Below are positions 14,695 through 24,131 of a DNA stretch of 49,567 nt, in pieces (position 1 is the first letter of the stretch; each line of letters starts with the position of its first letter). Origin of the DNA: Gemmatimonadota bacterium (GTDB lineage Bacteria; Gemmatimonadota; Gemmatimonadetes; Palauibacterales; KS3-K002). The notes under the pieces were generated by a model that saw nothing but the letters and a program-made list of their open reading frames with translations, was not told where the DNA came from and did not search any database. The DNA is taken from NCBI GenBank assembly GCA_039589115.1, contig JBDHHZ010000011.1, forward strand, positions 1 through 49,567, written 5' to 3'. The translations under genes and the position numbers were made by a program.

Positions 14695-16026
14695 ATGTCC
14701 GAAAACAATGTGAAAGAGCAAGTTGTCGACTCTATCAATGCCATCAAAGATGGCCCCCGTGCGATGCGGATGTATATGGAGATGTGCGTCAAGTGCGGGA
14801 CGTGCGCATCGGTCTGCCCGGTGTACTACGGCAAGAGCGAGAAGCGCTACAACCCAGCGGAGCGCACCGACCTGATCCGCCGCATCTACCGCAAGTACAA
14901 CACGCTCAGTGGGAAGTTGTTCGGGAGGTTCGCCGGAGCGGAGGACTTCGACCCGGCGGACATCGATGACTGGCAGACGATCTTCTACGAGTGCACCGGT
15001 TGCCGCCGCTGCGCCATGTTCTGCCCTTTCGGTATCGATCACTCGGTCATCACGCGGAAGGGCCGCGCGATCCTGGACAAGGTCGGTATGACGCCTGAGA
15101 CGATGGCGAGAGTGGTTCAGGTCTCGCTAGAGACGGGGAACACGGACGGCGCCGGGGAGGCGGCGTTCCGGGCAGCGATCGACTTCCTCGAAGAGGAGAT
15201 GAACGACGAGCACGGCATCGACATCAAGATTCCGATCGACGCGAAAGGCGCGGAGTACTTCTATGTCCCACCCTCCGGCGATGTGCTTGTCAACCCGGAG
15301 GCCACGATGGGCGTCGCCAAGGTGTTCCACGCCCTTGGGATGGCGGACCGCTGGACCATGAGCTCCAAGTGCTTCGACGGGGCCAACTACGGGCTGTTCA
15401 CCGGTAACGACGGCGACATGAAGGCCGATAACAAGCTCTATGTGGAGGAAGCCAAGGAGCTAGGCACCAAGGTCATGTTGATGGGCGAGTGCGGCCACGC
15501 GTATCGGATCATGAAGATGATGATGGAGAAGACCGGCTGGTGGGGTGAGCTGCCCTTCGAGATCGTCAACTGCATGGAATGGACCGCCGATCACATCAGG
15601 AACGGCCAGCTCGAGTTCGACAAGTCCCAGAACCAACAGCCCGTCACCTACCACGACCCGTGCAACTTCGGACGTTCTTGTGGCATCACCGAGGAGCCGC
15701 GGGTCATTCTAGAGGCCTCTTGCGCCGACTTCCGAGAGATGCATCCCAACCGCGGCGAGAACTGGTGCTGCGGCGGCGGCGGTGGGCTGTCGGCGATGGA
15801 CGATATCATAGAGTTCCGGATGGAGATCTCCGGTACGAAGAAGCTGGAGCAGATCCGCGAGACCGGGGCCACCTATGTGTCCACCGCCTGCTCCAACTGC
15901 AAGCGCCAGCTGACGCAGTTGCTCGAGCATCACGAGGAGCAGATCGAGGTCGGGGGCGTTCACGACATGCTCTCCCGCTCGATTCTCATCAACGGGAAGG
16001 CCGCGGAAAGGGAGGAGTACGTGTAG
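14695..16026 (+). CDS. HdrD/DsrK-like CCG-domain iron-sulfur oxidoreductase (module c)
   Basis: 2x4Fe-4S motifs (CVKCGTCASVCP, CTGCRRCAMFCPFG) plus CCG motifs (YHDPCNFGRSCG, NWCCGGGGG, TACSNCKRQL). Confidence 0.8.
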   Translation: MSENNVKEQVVDSINAIKDGPRAMRMYMEMCVKCGTCASVCPVYYGKSEKRYNPAERTDLIRRIYRKYNTLSGKLFGRFAGAEDFDPADIDDWQTIFYECTGCRRCAMFCPFGIDHSVITRKGRAILDKVGMTPETMARVVQVSLETGNTDGAGEAAFRAAIDFLEEEMNDEHGIDIKIPIDAKGAEYFYVPPSGDVLVNPEATMGVAKVFHALGMADRWTMSSKCFDGANYGLFTGNDGDMKADNKLYVEEAKELGTKVMLMGECGHAYRIMKMMMEKTGWWGELPFEIVNCMEWTADHIRNGQLEFDKSQNQQPVTYHDPCNFGRSCGITEEPRVILEASCADFREMHPNRGENWCCGGGGGLSAMDDIIEFRMEISGTKKLEQIRETGATYVSTACSNCKRQLTQLLEHHEEQIEVGGVHDMLSRSILINGKAAEREEYV

Positions 16027-16052
16027 TAGCGAGCCCCGACCGGGAGTAGGAG

Positions 16053-16090
16053 AAAGGGGTGGCGCCCGACGGGCGCCGCCCCTTTGCTTT
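16053..16090 (+). terminator. Rho-independent terminator downstream of the module c HdrD-like gene
   Basis: AAAGGGGTGGCGCCC-gac-GGGCGCCGCCCCTTT forms a 15-bp stem (one G-U pair) with a 3-nt loop, followed by TTTGCTTT. It starts 27 nt after the stop codon. The A-tract on the left arm would allow bidirectional function. Confidence 0.65.
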
Positions 16091-16108
16091 GCTAGACTGG
16101 TCCGGAAG

Positions 16109-16270
16109 AACAGCCGACAGCCGACATTCGATATTCGACCTCCGAGTACTGCCCGACGATCGACTTTCGACTCCCGACTCTCGACGGTGGGACGTTGAGC
16201 GTCGGAAGTCGAACGTCGGTTGTTGGGCAGTACTCGAATGTTGGCTGTCGGTTGTCGGCTGTCGGCTGTT
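16109..16270. repeat. About 160-bp imperfect palindromic element built from CCGAC-type short repeats
   Basis: The outer 18-bp arms are perfect inverted copies (AACAGCCGACAGCCGACA at 16109-16126; TGTCGGCTGTCGGCTGTT at 16253-16270). An inner 11-bp pair is GAGTACTGCCC (16144-16154) / GGGCAGTACTC (16225-16235). Further imperfect pairing extends to the centre near 16190. Located between convergent genes. Confidence 0.7.
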
Positions 16271-16285
16271 GAGTAGGACGCGAGA

Positions 16286-17668
16286 CTACCGCTGCCTTCT
16301 GAAGCGGACCGCCGCCTGGATGAGTGCCGGCGCCCAGCTTTCGGTGCCCAAAGCGTGCACGTGCGTGTAGCACGCCAGCACATTGCGATGGCACAGTCCA
16401 TCCCTTTCGCCGTCGAAGCCATGTCCACGATGCACGCGGAAGGCGAAGGCGAGGTCGTCCGCAGACGACTGCATGTAGGTGTAGTGGAACTCGTGCCCTC
16501 GTAGGGCATCGCCAACCGCATAGAAGGGATTGCTCTCGACCGTCTCGAGCACGGTGTAGCCGTGTCCCTGTGGCTTGGCGCGGAATGCGAAGACCGCGGG
16601 CAGTGCGGCCACCATCGGGTACTCCTTCCCTTCGAACAGGAGCTTCTCACCCAGATAGACGGTGCCGCCGCACTCGGCATACACCGGTAGTCCCCCCTCG
16701 ATCGAGCGGCGCAGCGAGTCGAGGAACGGTCGGTTCTCAGCCAACGCGGGGGCCAACGTCTCCGGGAAGCCGCCGCCGAGGTAGAGCGCATCGACCTCCG
16801 GCAGTGCCGCGTCGCGAATCGGCGAGATCTCTATCAAGCGCGCTCCAAGCCGTTCCAGGGCCTCGAGGTTCTCGGGGTAGTAGAACTGAAACGCCTCATC
16901 CCGGAACACGCCGATCCGTGCCACCTCCGTCTTCGGTTCCTCGTCGCCGGCCGAGATCCGGGCAAGCGGCTCGAGGGCCGGGGCCTGGAGGGCGATGTTC
17001 CACAACGCCTCCAGGTCGAGGTATCGCTCGGCCACGCCGGCGGCACCCTCTATGGCGTCCGCAAGTCCGCCGTGCTCCTGGGGTGGCACGAGGCCAAGAT
17101 GCCTCTCCGGAAAGAACTGTTCGGGAATCCGTGGGACCGCACCGAGCACGGGCGTTCCGCAGGTACTCTCGATGGCTTCGCGCAGCACGGACTCGTGGCG
17201 CGGGCCGGCCACCTGGTTCAGGATCACTCCCTGGAGTAGGACCTGTGGATCGAGCCGCTGACATCCCAGGACGAGGGCGGCGACGGTGCGTGTCGCCTTG
17301 GCGCAGTCAATGCAAAGAACGACCGGAGCCTGCAGCAGCTTAGCGAGCTCGGCCGAGCTGTAGCTGCCCTGCGCGTCCATGCCGTCGAACAGGCCGCGGT
17401 TGCCCTCGATGACGGCCACATCGGCTTCGGCGGTCGACCCGATGAAGGAATGCAGCGCGGCGTGGGGGGACATGAGGAAGAGATCGAGATTCCGGCAGGG
17501 CTGGTCCGCAGCCAGAGACAGCCAGGCCGCGTCGATGTAGTCTGGCCCCTTCTTGAAGGGGGCCACGCGATGGCCACCCTTCCGCCAGGCCGCCAGGAGT
17601 CCCAGGGATATGAGCGTCTTGCCGCTGCCCCCGCGCAGGCCGGCGATCAAAACGCGGGGGCTACTCAT
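16286..17668 (-). CDS. dsrN: Cobyrinic acid a,c-diamide synthase family protein, DsrN-type siroheme amidase
   Basis: N-terminal P-loop-like LIAGLRGGSGKT and C-terminal glutamine amidotransferase-like region (YAECGG), as in the CbiA/CobB family. Position at the end of the dsr operon matches DsrN. Confidence 0.8.
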   Translation of the reverse strand: MSSPRVLIAGLRGGSGKTLISLGLLAAWRKGGHRVAPFKKGPDYIDAAWLSLAADQPCRNLDLFLMSPHAALHSFIGSTAEADVAVIEGNRGLFDGMDAQGSYSSAELAKLLQAPVVLCIDCAKATRTVAALVLGCQRLDPQVLLQGVILNQVAGPRHESVLREAIESTCGTPVLGAVPRIPEQFFPERHLGLVPPQEHGGLADAIEGAAGVAERYLDLEALWNIALQAPALEPLARISAGDEEPKTEVARIGVFRDEAFQFYYPENLEALERLGARLIEISPIRDAALPEVDALYLGGGFPETLAPALAENRPFLDSLRRSIEGGLPVYAECGGTVYLGEKLLFEGKEYPMVAALPAVFAFRAKPQGHGYTVLETVESNPFYAVGDALRGHEFHYTYMQSSADDLAFAFRVHRGHGFDGERDGLCHRNVLACYTHVHALGTESWAPALIQAAVRFRRQR

Positions 17669-17672
17669 GCGG

Positions 17673-19355
17673 TTACGCCATTTCGATGAAGCCGCACGGA
17701 CATATCTCCGCGCACTTCTCGCAGCCCGTACAGTTCTGCATCTTGAACGAGTAGAGCACGCCCTTCTCGAACGGCTTGTCGATCGCCTGGTCCTGGCAAT
17801 ACATCCAGCACTTCTCGCAGTCGAAGCAGTAGCCGCAGCTCATACAGCGCTGCGCTTCCACGATCACCTTGTCCTGGGTGAATCCCAGGTTGACCTCGAG
17901 GTCCACCGCATCCATCCGCTTGTCGACGTCGATGGCGGTGGGCTCTCCGCGCTCCTGCTTATCGTAGTGGTCCAGGAGCATCTTATCGGTCCGGATGACC
18001 AGCATGTGATCGGGCTCGGCGGCGATACCGGTGAACTTACGGTCGATCGCTTCGGCCGCCCGGCGCCCGTGCCCGACCGCCGTGGTGACCAGGTCGAGCT
18101 GGGTGACGTCGCCGCCCGCCCAGATGCCGTCGACTTTTGTGGCCCCTTCGTCATCCACACGAATCCAATCCCTGCCCTCGATCAGCATCTCGAAGCCACC
18201 GAAGTCCGGCTCCTGGCTGACCGCGGAGATGATCGCACTGGCAGGGATCTCGAATCCCGATCCCTCTATGGGTACAGGCCGACGGCGGCCTGAAGCGTCG
18301 GGCTCACCCAACTCCATGCGGATGGCGGTCATGGCGACCACCCGGCCGTTCTCTTTCCTGAAGCCGACCGGTGCGGCCAGAAACTCTATAACGATCCCCT
18401 CGTTGATCGCCTCGTCTATCTCCTCCTCGATCGCTGGCATCTCCTTGCGGGTGCGGCGGTAGAGAATCGTCACGTTGGCGCCGAGGCGCTTGCAGATCCG
18501 CGCGGCGTCGATAGCCGTATCGCCGCCGCCAACCACTATCGCCACCACGTCTTTACCCAGCTCCAGCTTCTCACCGTGGTGGAAGCGACTGAGGAAATCC
18601 ACACCGGAGAACACGTTGGGGGCATCCTCACCCTCGACTCCAAGGCTGACTCCCTGCTGGGCGCCGAGAGCGACATAGACGGCTTCGTAAGACTTCTGAA
18701 GCTCTGCCAGGTCCGTCTCCTTGCCGACCTTCACGCCGCACTTCAGCTCCACGCCCACGTCGACGATCTTCTGGATCTCGGCGTCGAGTACCGACTCGGG
18801 TAGCCGATAGCCCGGGATGCCGTAGCGCAGCATTCCCCCCGGCTTCTCCAGCGCCTCTAGCACCGTCACGCCGTAGCCCCGCCGGGCCAGCTGGTAGGCG
18901 CAAGAGAGGCCGCTGGGTCCGCCGCCGACCACGGCGATCTTCTGCGGCTTCTTCTCATCGCTCAGCGTCTTGAGCGCGAGGCCCTTTTCGATGCCGTAGT
19001 CGCCGATCGCCCGCTCGACTTTGTTGATGTTGACCGCGCCCTCCAGCTCCTTCCGGTTGCACTCGGTCTCGCAAGGCGCCGGGCAGACACGGCCGCACAC
19101 CGAAGGAAAGGGGCTGGTGTCCGTGTAGATATGCCAGGCTTCCTCGAGAGCCTGGTCCGGCGATTTCTCCAGCCGTTCCGCCTGAGCGATAGTCGTCAGG
19201 AACTTGCGGATCCGGTTACCGCTAGGACAGGTATCGTGACACGGCGGCTTCTTCTCTACGTGCTTGGGTCGCAAAGTCGACTGCGAGGCGCCGGCGGAGA
19301 AACCCCTCGTCCCGAAGCTCTTCTTTTTCTTCTTCTTAACCTTCTTCACAGCCAT
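17673..19355 (-). CDS. dsrL: DsrL, GltD-like NAD(P)H oxidoreductase with C-terminal ferredoxin domain
   Basis: N-terminal Fe-S motif CGRVCPAPCETECN and two dinucleotide folds (VVGGGPSGLSCA, VVGGGDTAIDAA) with ILYRRTRKEMPA. C-terminal 2x4Fe-4S (CMSCGYCFDCEKC, CTGCEKCAEICPCG). Sits between dsrD and dsrN. Confidence 0.8.
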   Translation of the reverse strand: MAVKKVKKKKKKSFGTRGFSAGASQSTLRPKHVEKKPPCHDTCPSGNRIRKFLTTIAQAERLEKSPDQALEEAWHIYTDTSPFPSVCGRVCPAPCETECNRKELEGAVNINKVERAIGDYGIEKGLALKTLSDEKKPQKIAVVGGGPSGLSCAYQLARRGYGVTVLEALEKPGGMLRYGIPGYRLPESVLDAEIQKIVDVGVELKCGVKVGKETDLAELQKSYEAVYVALGAQQGVSLGVEGEDAPNVFSGVDFLSRFHHGEKLELGKDVVAIVVGGGDTAIDAARICKRLGANVTILYRRTRKEMPAIEEEIDEAINEGIVIEFLAAPVGFRKENGRVVAMTAIRMELGEPDASGRRRPVPIEGSGFEIPASAIISAVSQEPDFGGFEMLIEGRDWIRVDDEGATKVDGIWAGGDVTQLDLVTTAVGHGRRAAEAIDRKFTGIAAEPDHMLVIRTDKMLLDHYDKQERGEPTAIDVDKRMDAVDLEVNLGFTQDKVIVEAQRCMSCGYCFDCEKCWMYCQDQAIDKPFEKGVLYSFKMQNCTGCEKCAEICPCGFIEMA

Positions 19356-19484
19356 AGGTCACCCCGCGCGCCGCGTTGTCAAACGCTGGTTGCTGCCAAG
19401 CGCATTCGCCTGGCCGAAAAGGCAGTGAACGCGCGCCCCGGCCACCGTTGCCGACCGGAGCGCGGTCCCGTTCCGCTGCCGCTC

Positions 19485-19739
19485 TTAGCCGCCGCCTTCG
19501 GCAGCCCCCTCATCTGGTGGAACTTCGATGAAGCTGCCGCCGAAGTACGTGTAGACGCACCTTCCGGAATCCATCAAGGTGCGAATAGCGGCCTTGCAAG
19601 CCTTCTTGTCGACTTCGCCTTCACCGAACTTCTGGATCATCGCCTTGGTCAGATCGCCGGCCTTGAACTTCTTCTTGCCCTGGTACTCGGCGACCAGATC
19701 GTACATGGCGTCCGCGATTTGTTCAGTCGTGACGGCCAT
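19485..19739 (-). CDS. dsrD: DsrD-like small protein
   Basis: 84-aa ORF starting 10 nt after the dsrB stop, the canonical dsrD position. KKKF..GDLTK...VDKK...L.DSG..VYTYFGGS resembles the DsrD winged-helix pattern recalled from Desulfovibrio. Confidence 0.7.
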   Translation of the reverse strand: MAVTTEQIADAMYDLVAEYQGKKKFKAGDLTKAMIQKFGEGEVDKKACKAAIRTLMDSGRCVYTYFGGSFIEVPPDEGAAEGGG

Positions 19740-19749
19740 CGCGCGCCTC

Positions 19750-20826
19750 CTATTGGTGTCTCAGATGCGTGGACCGCTTGTAAGTGAGGCCCGCGTGCTT
19801 AAAGTCGTCGATATGCTCCTTCTGGAACTCGATACCCGCCATCTTGAAGAAGCGGGGCCAGCCGATACGCTCGATGAACTCGCCCATCCGCTCGTACTTG
19901 CGGGCGTGCTTGACCCAGATCTCGACTATGTTCCGAACCGACTCGACCACCTCCGGCCAGCGGGGTGGAGTGTTCGGCAGGAACGGGATCGCCAGCTTTG
20001 AGAACCTGGGCTCCGAGCGAGCATTGGAGACCTTCCCTCCGACCCAGATGGATACACCGTCGTTGAGCGGGTCGGCCATCGGCATCGACGGGCACACCGT
20101 GAAGCAGTTCCCGCAGAACATGCACAGGTCCTCTTCCAGATCGACGGAGCTCTTGCCCTCGACAGTCGTCGGCCGGATTGCCGCAGTGGGGCATGAGGCG
20201 ATCACGTTGGGGATCTCGCACACCTTGTTGAGGTTGTCGTGCACGATCTTCGGCGGCCTGCGGTGGATGCCGAGGATCGCGATGTCGGAGCAGTGCACCG
20301 CGCCGCACATGTTGAGGCAGCAGGCCAGGGCGATCCGCAGCTTGCCGGGCACTTCCTGCCCGGTGAAGTAGCCGCAGAGATCGTCCATCACGGCTTTCAC
20401 GATCCCAGAAGCGTCCGTCGCCGCTGAGTGGCAGTGCACCCAGCCCTGGGTGTGGACGATGTTCGAGATGGCGTTGCCGATGCCGCCCACCGGGTGGCCG
20501 ATTTTATCGAGGTCCTTGATCAGCGGGTCGATCTTCGATTCGTCCGTTAGCAGGAACTCGACGTTGTTGCGGCTCGTGAACCGCAGGAAGCCATCGCAAT
20601 ACTTGTCCGCCAGGTCCGCGAAGTCGCGAATCCTGTCCACACCCAGCAAGCGAGGCGAGCTGGCGCGCACCGTATAGAGCTTGTCGCCGGACTCGCCGAC
20701 GTGGACCATCACGCCGGGCTTGATGATCTCGTGGTAGTCCCACTTCCCGTAATTGTCCTTTATCACAGGCGGCAGGAACTTCTCGTAGTTCGGAGGCCCG
20801 ATATCGGTCAGTCTTTCCGTTGCCAT
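19750..20826 (-). CDS. dsrB: Dissimilatory sulfite reductase beta subunit
   Basis: N-terminus ..[25 protein letters not shown]. Siroheme/Fe-S Cys motifs ([26 protein letters not shown]) and a ferredoxin insert ([12 protein letters not shown]). Follows dsrA. Confidence 0.95.
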   Translation of the reverse strand: MATERLTDIGPPNYEKFLPPVIKDNYGKWDYHEIIKPGVMVHVGESGDKLYTVRASSPRLLGVDRIRDFADLADKYCDGFLRFTSRNNVEFLLTDESKIDPLIKDLDKIGHPVGGIGNAISNIVHTQGWVHCHSAATDASGIVKAVMDDLCGYFTGQEVPGKLRIALACCLNMCGAVHCSDIAILGIHRRPPKIVHDNLNKVCEIPNVIASCPTAAIRPTTVEGKSSVDLEEDLCMFCGNCFTVCPSMPMADPLNDGVSIWVGGKVSNARSEPRFSKLAIPFLPNTPPRWPEVVESVRNIVEIWVKHARKYERMGEFIERIGWPRFFKMAGIEFQKEHIDDFKHAGLTYKRSTHLRHQ

Positions 20827-20889
20827 GTCTCAATCTCCCGAAAGAGTGCTATTCTGTCACTGGTCCGCAAGTTGCACCGGCCAGTCGCT

Positions 20890-22098
20890 TTATTCCTCTT
20901 CCTCGTCCTCTTCCTCGAAGTATTCCTCGTAGAAGACGTAGGGGTTCTCTCTGGGGTGGGCGATCATCTCGGGGATGGGCTCCACCTCGATGGCCTCCAG
21001 GAAGTTGCCGAGCCCGATGCGCTGCATGAGCTCGCCGGTCCGCTCCCGGTTCTTGCCGTGCTCGCCCCAGAAGTCCCAAATGCGCTCAATCAGGTCCTTG
21101 AGCTCCTCGTAAGGCGGTTCGAGCTTCATGAACGGCACGATCACCGATGAGAGCAGCGCGCCCTCGACGATCGGCGCCTTGGAGCCCAGCAGAATTGTGG
21201 CACCGCGGTCCACACCAGGCTTGAGAGCCTTAGGCATCGCGTTGATGCAGTGCATGCACTTCACACAGTTCTCATCGTCGATCTCGAGCTTCTTCCCGTC
21301 CCACTCGATGCACTTCGTGGGACAGTTGCCGCAGATATCCCTCTGGATGTCGAGTCCCGCGTCGGCAGCGGCCCTCACCTCGGCCTGATTGATCCGGATC
21401 TGATCGCGCCAGGTCCCGATGATCGACATGTCGGCGCGCGCGACCGACGCCACGCAGTCGTTGGGACAGCCCGAACATTTGATCTTGAACTTGTACGGGA
21501 ACGCAGGACGGTGCAGCTCATCCTGGAACGTCTGCGTGAGATCGTTGGTGAGGTGCAGCGTGTCGAAACACGCCCATTCGCACCGCGCAGGACCCACGCA
21601 GCAGCTCGGCGTGCGCATGTCCGAACCAGAGCCGCCCAGATCGAAGTCATTCGCGGTGAGCTCCGCGAACGTGGGCTCGAGCTCGTCCGTGGTCGTTCCG
21701 AGCAGGATGATATCACCTGTGGACCCGTGCATATTGGTGAGCCCGGACCCATGGCGTTCCCAGATATCGCAGATCGTCCGTAGAGCGTCGGACGTGTAGA
21801 ACCAGCCGCTGGGCATGTTGACGCGCAGCGTGTGGAAGTGAGCGATATTGGGGAAATCCTCCTGCAAGTCGCTATAGCGGCCGATTACGCCTCCGCCATA
21901 CCCCATGACACCTACGATGCCGCCGTGCTTCCAGTGGCCGAGCTTCTCGTCGTAGGACCTCTCCAACAGCCCAAGAAGGTCCTCGCACATCTTGTTCTTC
22001 TTGGCCATGTCCTTGATCTGCGTTACGAAACTGGGCCACGGTCCCTTCTCAAGCTCGTCCAGCATCGGGGTACCGTTCTTGCCTGAATCTGCCATCAT
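20890..22098 (-). CDS. dsrA: Dissimilatory sulfite reductase alpha subunit
   Basis: ORF 20890..22119 trimmed to the ATG at 22098 (AAAGGAG SD upstream). [17 protein letters not shown] is a typical DsrA N-terminus. Cys motifs [43 protein letters not shown]. Acidic C-terminal tail EEEDEEEE. Confidence 0.95.
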   Translation of the reverse strand: MMADSGKNGTPMLDELEKGPWPSFVTQIKDMAKKNKMCEDLLGLLERSYDEKLGHWKHGGIVGVMGYGGGVIGRYSDLQEDFPNIAHFHTLRVNMPSGWFYTSDALRTICDIWERHGSGLTNMHGSTGDIILLGTTTDELEPTFAELTANDFDLGGSGSDMRTPSCCVGPARCEWACFDTLHLTNDLTQTFQDELHRPAFPYKFKIKCSGCPNDCVASVARADMSIIGTWRDQIRINQAEVRAAADAGLDIQRDICGNCPTKCIEWDGKKLEIDDENCVKCMHCINAMPKALKPGVDRGATILLGSKAPIVEGALLSSVIVPFMKLEPPYEELKDLIERIWDFWGEHGKNRERTGELMQRIGLGNFLEAIEVEPIPEMIAHPRENPYVFYEEYFEEEDEEEE

Positions 22099-22144
22099 TA
22101 GCTCCTTTCGGACGGGCATGATGCCGCTTCCGTTGCCCTTCTGG

Positions 22145-23305
22145 TCAGGTGACTTCCAGCCGTTCCCTGACGTTGACTACCATCTTATATAGAACCGTTA
22201 ACACGAAGAAACCAAGTGCATAGACACCGATGGTGATCGCGATCTCGGGAGCCGTCGGCGCGTATTCGGTTATCTCTCCCAGCGGCGCGGGAATGAACCC
22301 CGCCACGACCATCGCCAGGCCCTTCTCGATCCAAATAGCGAGGATCACCGCGGCACAGACGAGCGCCAGAAGCTTCTCGTGCCTGCGGACCCTCGGTATC
22401 ATGAGGAGCACCACTGCGCAGGCCGTGAGCGCCGCACCGATCCACATCCAGGGGACGAGGGCGGCCTGTCCCTCGAGCCCGACGAAGAGGTACTCGAAGG
22501 TGTGCAAGTGGTGCGGCATGTCGCTGTAGAGGCCGGTGAACAACTCCACGAGGACGAAGAACAGGTTGATCACCAGGGCATAGGCGACGATCGTGACGAG
22601 CTTCTGAATCGCCTCCCAACCCGGGTCGAACTTGGTGAAACGGCGCAGGATCAGGGCCAGCAGGATCAACAGACTGGGACCGGATGCGAACGCCGAGGCC
22701 AGGAATCGGGGTGCCAGGATAGCCGTCATCCAGAACGGCCTGGCTTCCAGGCCCGAGTAGAGGAAGGCGGTGACGGTATGGATGCTGACCGCCCACGGAA
22801 TCGACAGGTATATGAGCGGTTTCACCCACTTGGGCGGCGCACCTCCCTTGCGTTCGGCCTCGAAGGTCACGGCCCCGATGATCAGGTTGAGCACCAGGTA
22901 GCCGGTCAGCACCAGCATGTCCCAGAACATCACCGAGTTGGGAGACGGGTGCAGGATGATGTTCGCGACGCGCGCCGGCTGGCCCATGTCGACAACGATG
23001 AACAGGCTGCACATGAGCACCGCCGCCACGGCCAGGAACTCGCCGAGGATCACCATCCTGCCGAACGCCCTGTAATTGTGTAGGTAGTAGGGCAGGACTA
23101 CCATCACTGCTGAGGCCGCCACGCCGACCAGGAAGGTGAACTGTGAGATGTAGAGCCCCCAGGTCACGTCCTGGCTCATCCCGGTGATGTACAGGCCTTC
23201 GCTCAACTGCCGGCCGTAGGCCGCCATGCCGATCACGATGAGCAGCGCCCAGATTCCCAGGAGGATCCAGTATCGTCTGCCTCCGCGGAACGCATCCTGG
23301 AGCAT
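22145..23305 (-). CDS. dsrP: DsrP, NrfD/PsrC-like integral membrane quinone-interacting subunit
   Basis: 386-aa polytopic membrane protein directly downstream of dsrO and upstream of dsrA. NrfD-family-like hydrophobic profile. Confidence 0.85.
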   Translation of the reverse strand: MLQDAFRGGRRYWILLGIWALLIVIGMAAYGRQLSEGLYITGMSQDVTWGLYISQFTFLVGVAASAVMVVLPYYLHNYRAFGRMVILGEFLAVAAVLMCSLFIVVDMGQPARVANIILHPSPNSVMFWDMLVLTGYLVLNLIIGAVTFEAERKGGAPPKWVKPLIYLSIPWAVSIHTVTAFLYSGLEARPFWMTAILAPRFLASAFASGPSLLILLALILRRFTKFDPGWEAIQKLVTIVAYALVINLFFVLVELFTGLYSDMPHHLHTFEYLFVGLEGQAALVPWMWIGAALTACAVVLLMIPRVRRHEKLLALVCAAVILAIWIEKGLAMVVAGFIPAPLGEITEYAPTAPEIAITIGVYALGFFVLTVLYKMVVNVRERLEVT

Positions 23306-23335
23306 TACGGTCTCCCGTTTCCGTGCGGGACAGCT

Positions 23336-24128
23336 CTAGACGACGTAGTAGACGTTGGGACCGGTCCCAAGGTTCACTCTCCTACTGATCGTGTGTTTCT
23401 CGCCGAGGATCCGGTTGACCTCAGAATCCGGCTCCCCCAAATCACCGAAGGTCAGCGCTCCCGCGCCGCCCGGCACCGCGTTCGCGGCTTCCACGCAAGC
23501 CGGCTCGAGCCCATCGCGCAGCCGCTCCGCGCAGAAGTTGCACTTCTCCACCACCCCTTTGGCACGCGTGGGATAGTCCGACAGCATCTCTCCGTTCGCG
23601 CCGGTCCTGACGAACCCACGCGGATCTCTCCAGTTGAAGCTCCTCGACCCGTACGGACACGCCGCCATGCAGTAGCGACAGCCGATGCAGCGGTGCTGGT
23701 CCATCATCACAAGACCATCCGACTCGCGCTTCCAGGTGGCCTGGGTCGGGCAGACCCGGACGCAGGGTGGATTCGTGCAGTGGTTGCACAGCACGAGCAC
23801 CGGCATCTCCTGCACCTCGGCCGGGCTGTGCTCGTGAACCTGATCGGGAAAGACATGCTTGTATTCTTCATCCCAGATCCAGTCGATCTTCGGGGATCTC
23901 GGGCACGTTGTGTTCGCGGTGGCAGGCCTCGACGCAGGCGGCGCGCACTCGCTCGTCCAGGCACTTCTCCATGTCGACCACCATGGCCAACTGGCTCGAG
24001 GACTGTACTTCCGGGTCGGAGGCGTGCTGAGTGGTCGCGAAGGCGCCGCGCACGAGCGGAAGGCCGCAGCCCACACCCAGCGCTGCCAGTCCGACCTCTT
24101 TCAGAAACGTCCTTCGGTCCTCGCTCAT
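23336..24128 (-). pseudogene. dsrO: DsrO (periplasmic Tat-exported ferredoxin-like subunit) interrupted by a 1-nt frameshift
   Basis: The N-terminal part (ORF 23868..24128) has a Tat signal (RRTFLK) and first Fe-S region ending ..CVEACHREHNVPEIP. The remainder continues in another frame (ORF 23336..24076, from ..KIDWIWDEEYKH with CNHCTNPPCVRVCP, CIGCRYCMAACP, CNFCAERL). The frames switch at the G4 run 23892-23895 (C4 on the coding strand). Confidence 0.8.
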
Positions 24129-24131
24129 CGG

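Noticed and set aside
16059-16290. Possible CRISPR array or tandem-repeat locus because of recurring CCGAC/GTCGG units
   Set aside because: There is no regular repeat-spacer periodicity. The pattern resolves into one large imperfect inverted repeat, and no cas genes are nearby.
15709-17343. Long ORFs 15709..16791 (-) and 16324..17343 (+), 360 and 339 aa
   Set aside because: Arg/Pro/Ser/Ala-rich low-complexity translations. They overlap the well-supported dsrK-like and dsrN genes and run through the palindromic repeat, so they were treated as GC-rich frame artefacts.
19356-19484. Terminator or attenuator in the 129-bp dsrD-dsrL gap
   Set aside because: Only a short bulged stem (CTGGCC-gaaaa-GGCAG) without a U-tract. 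No convincing structure by eye, so this would need a folding computation.
23900-24076. N-terminal ~60 aa of ORF 23336..24076 (MWAAAFRSCAAPSRPLSTPPTRK...) as the genuine DsrO N-terminus
   Set aside because: It has no signal peptide or Fe-S motif. The overlapping frame (23868..24128) encodes a proper Tat signal and the first ferredoxin region, so a frameshifted single gene explains the data better.
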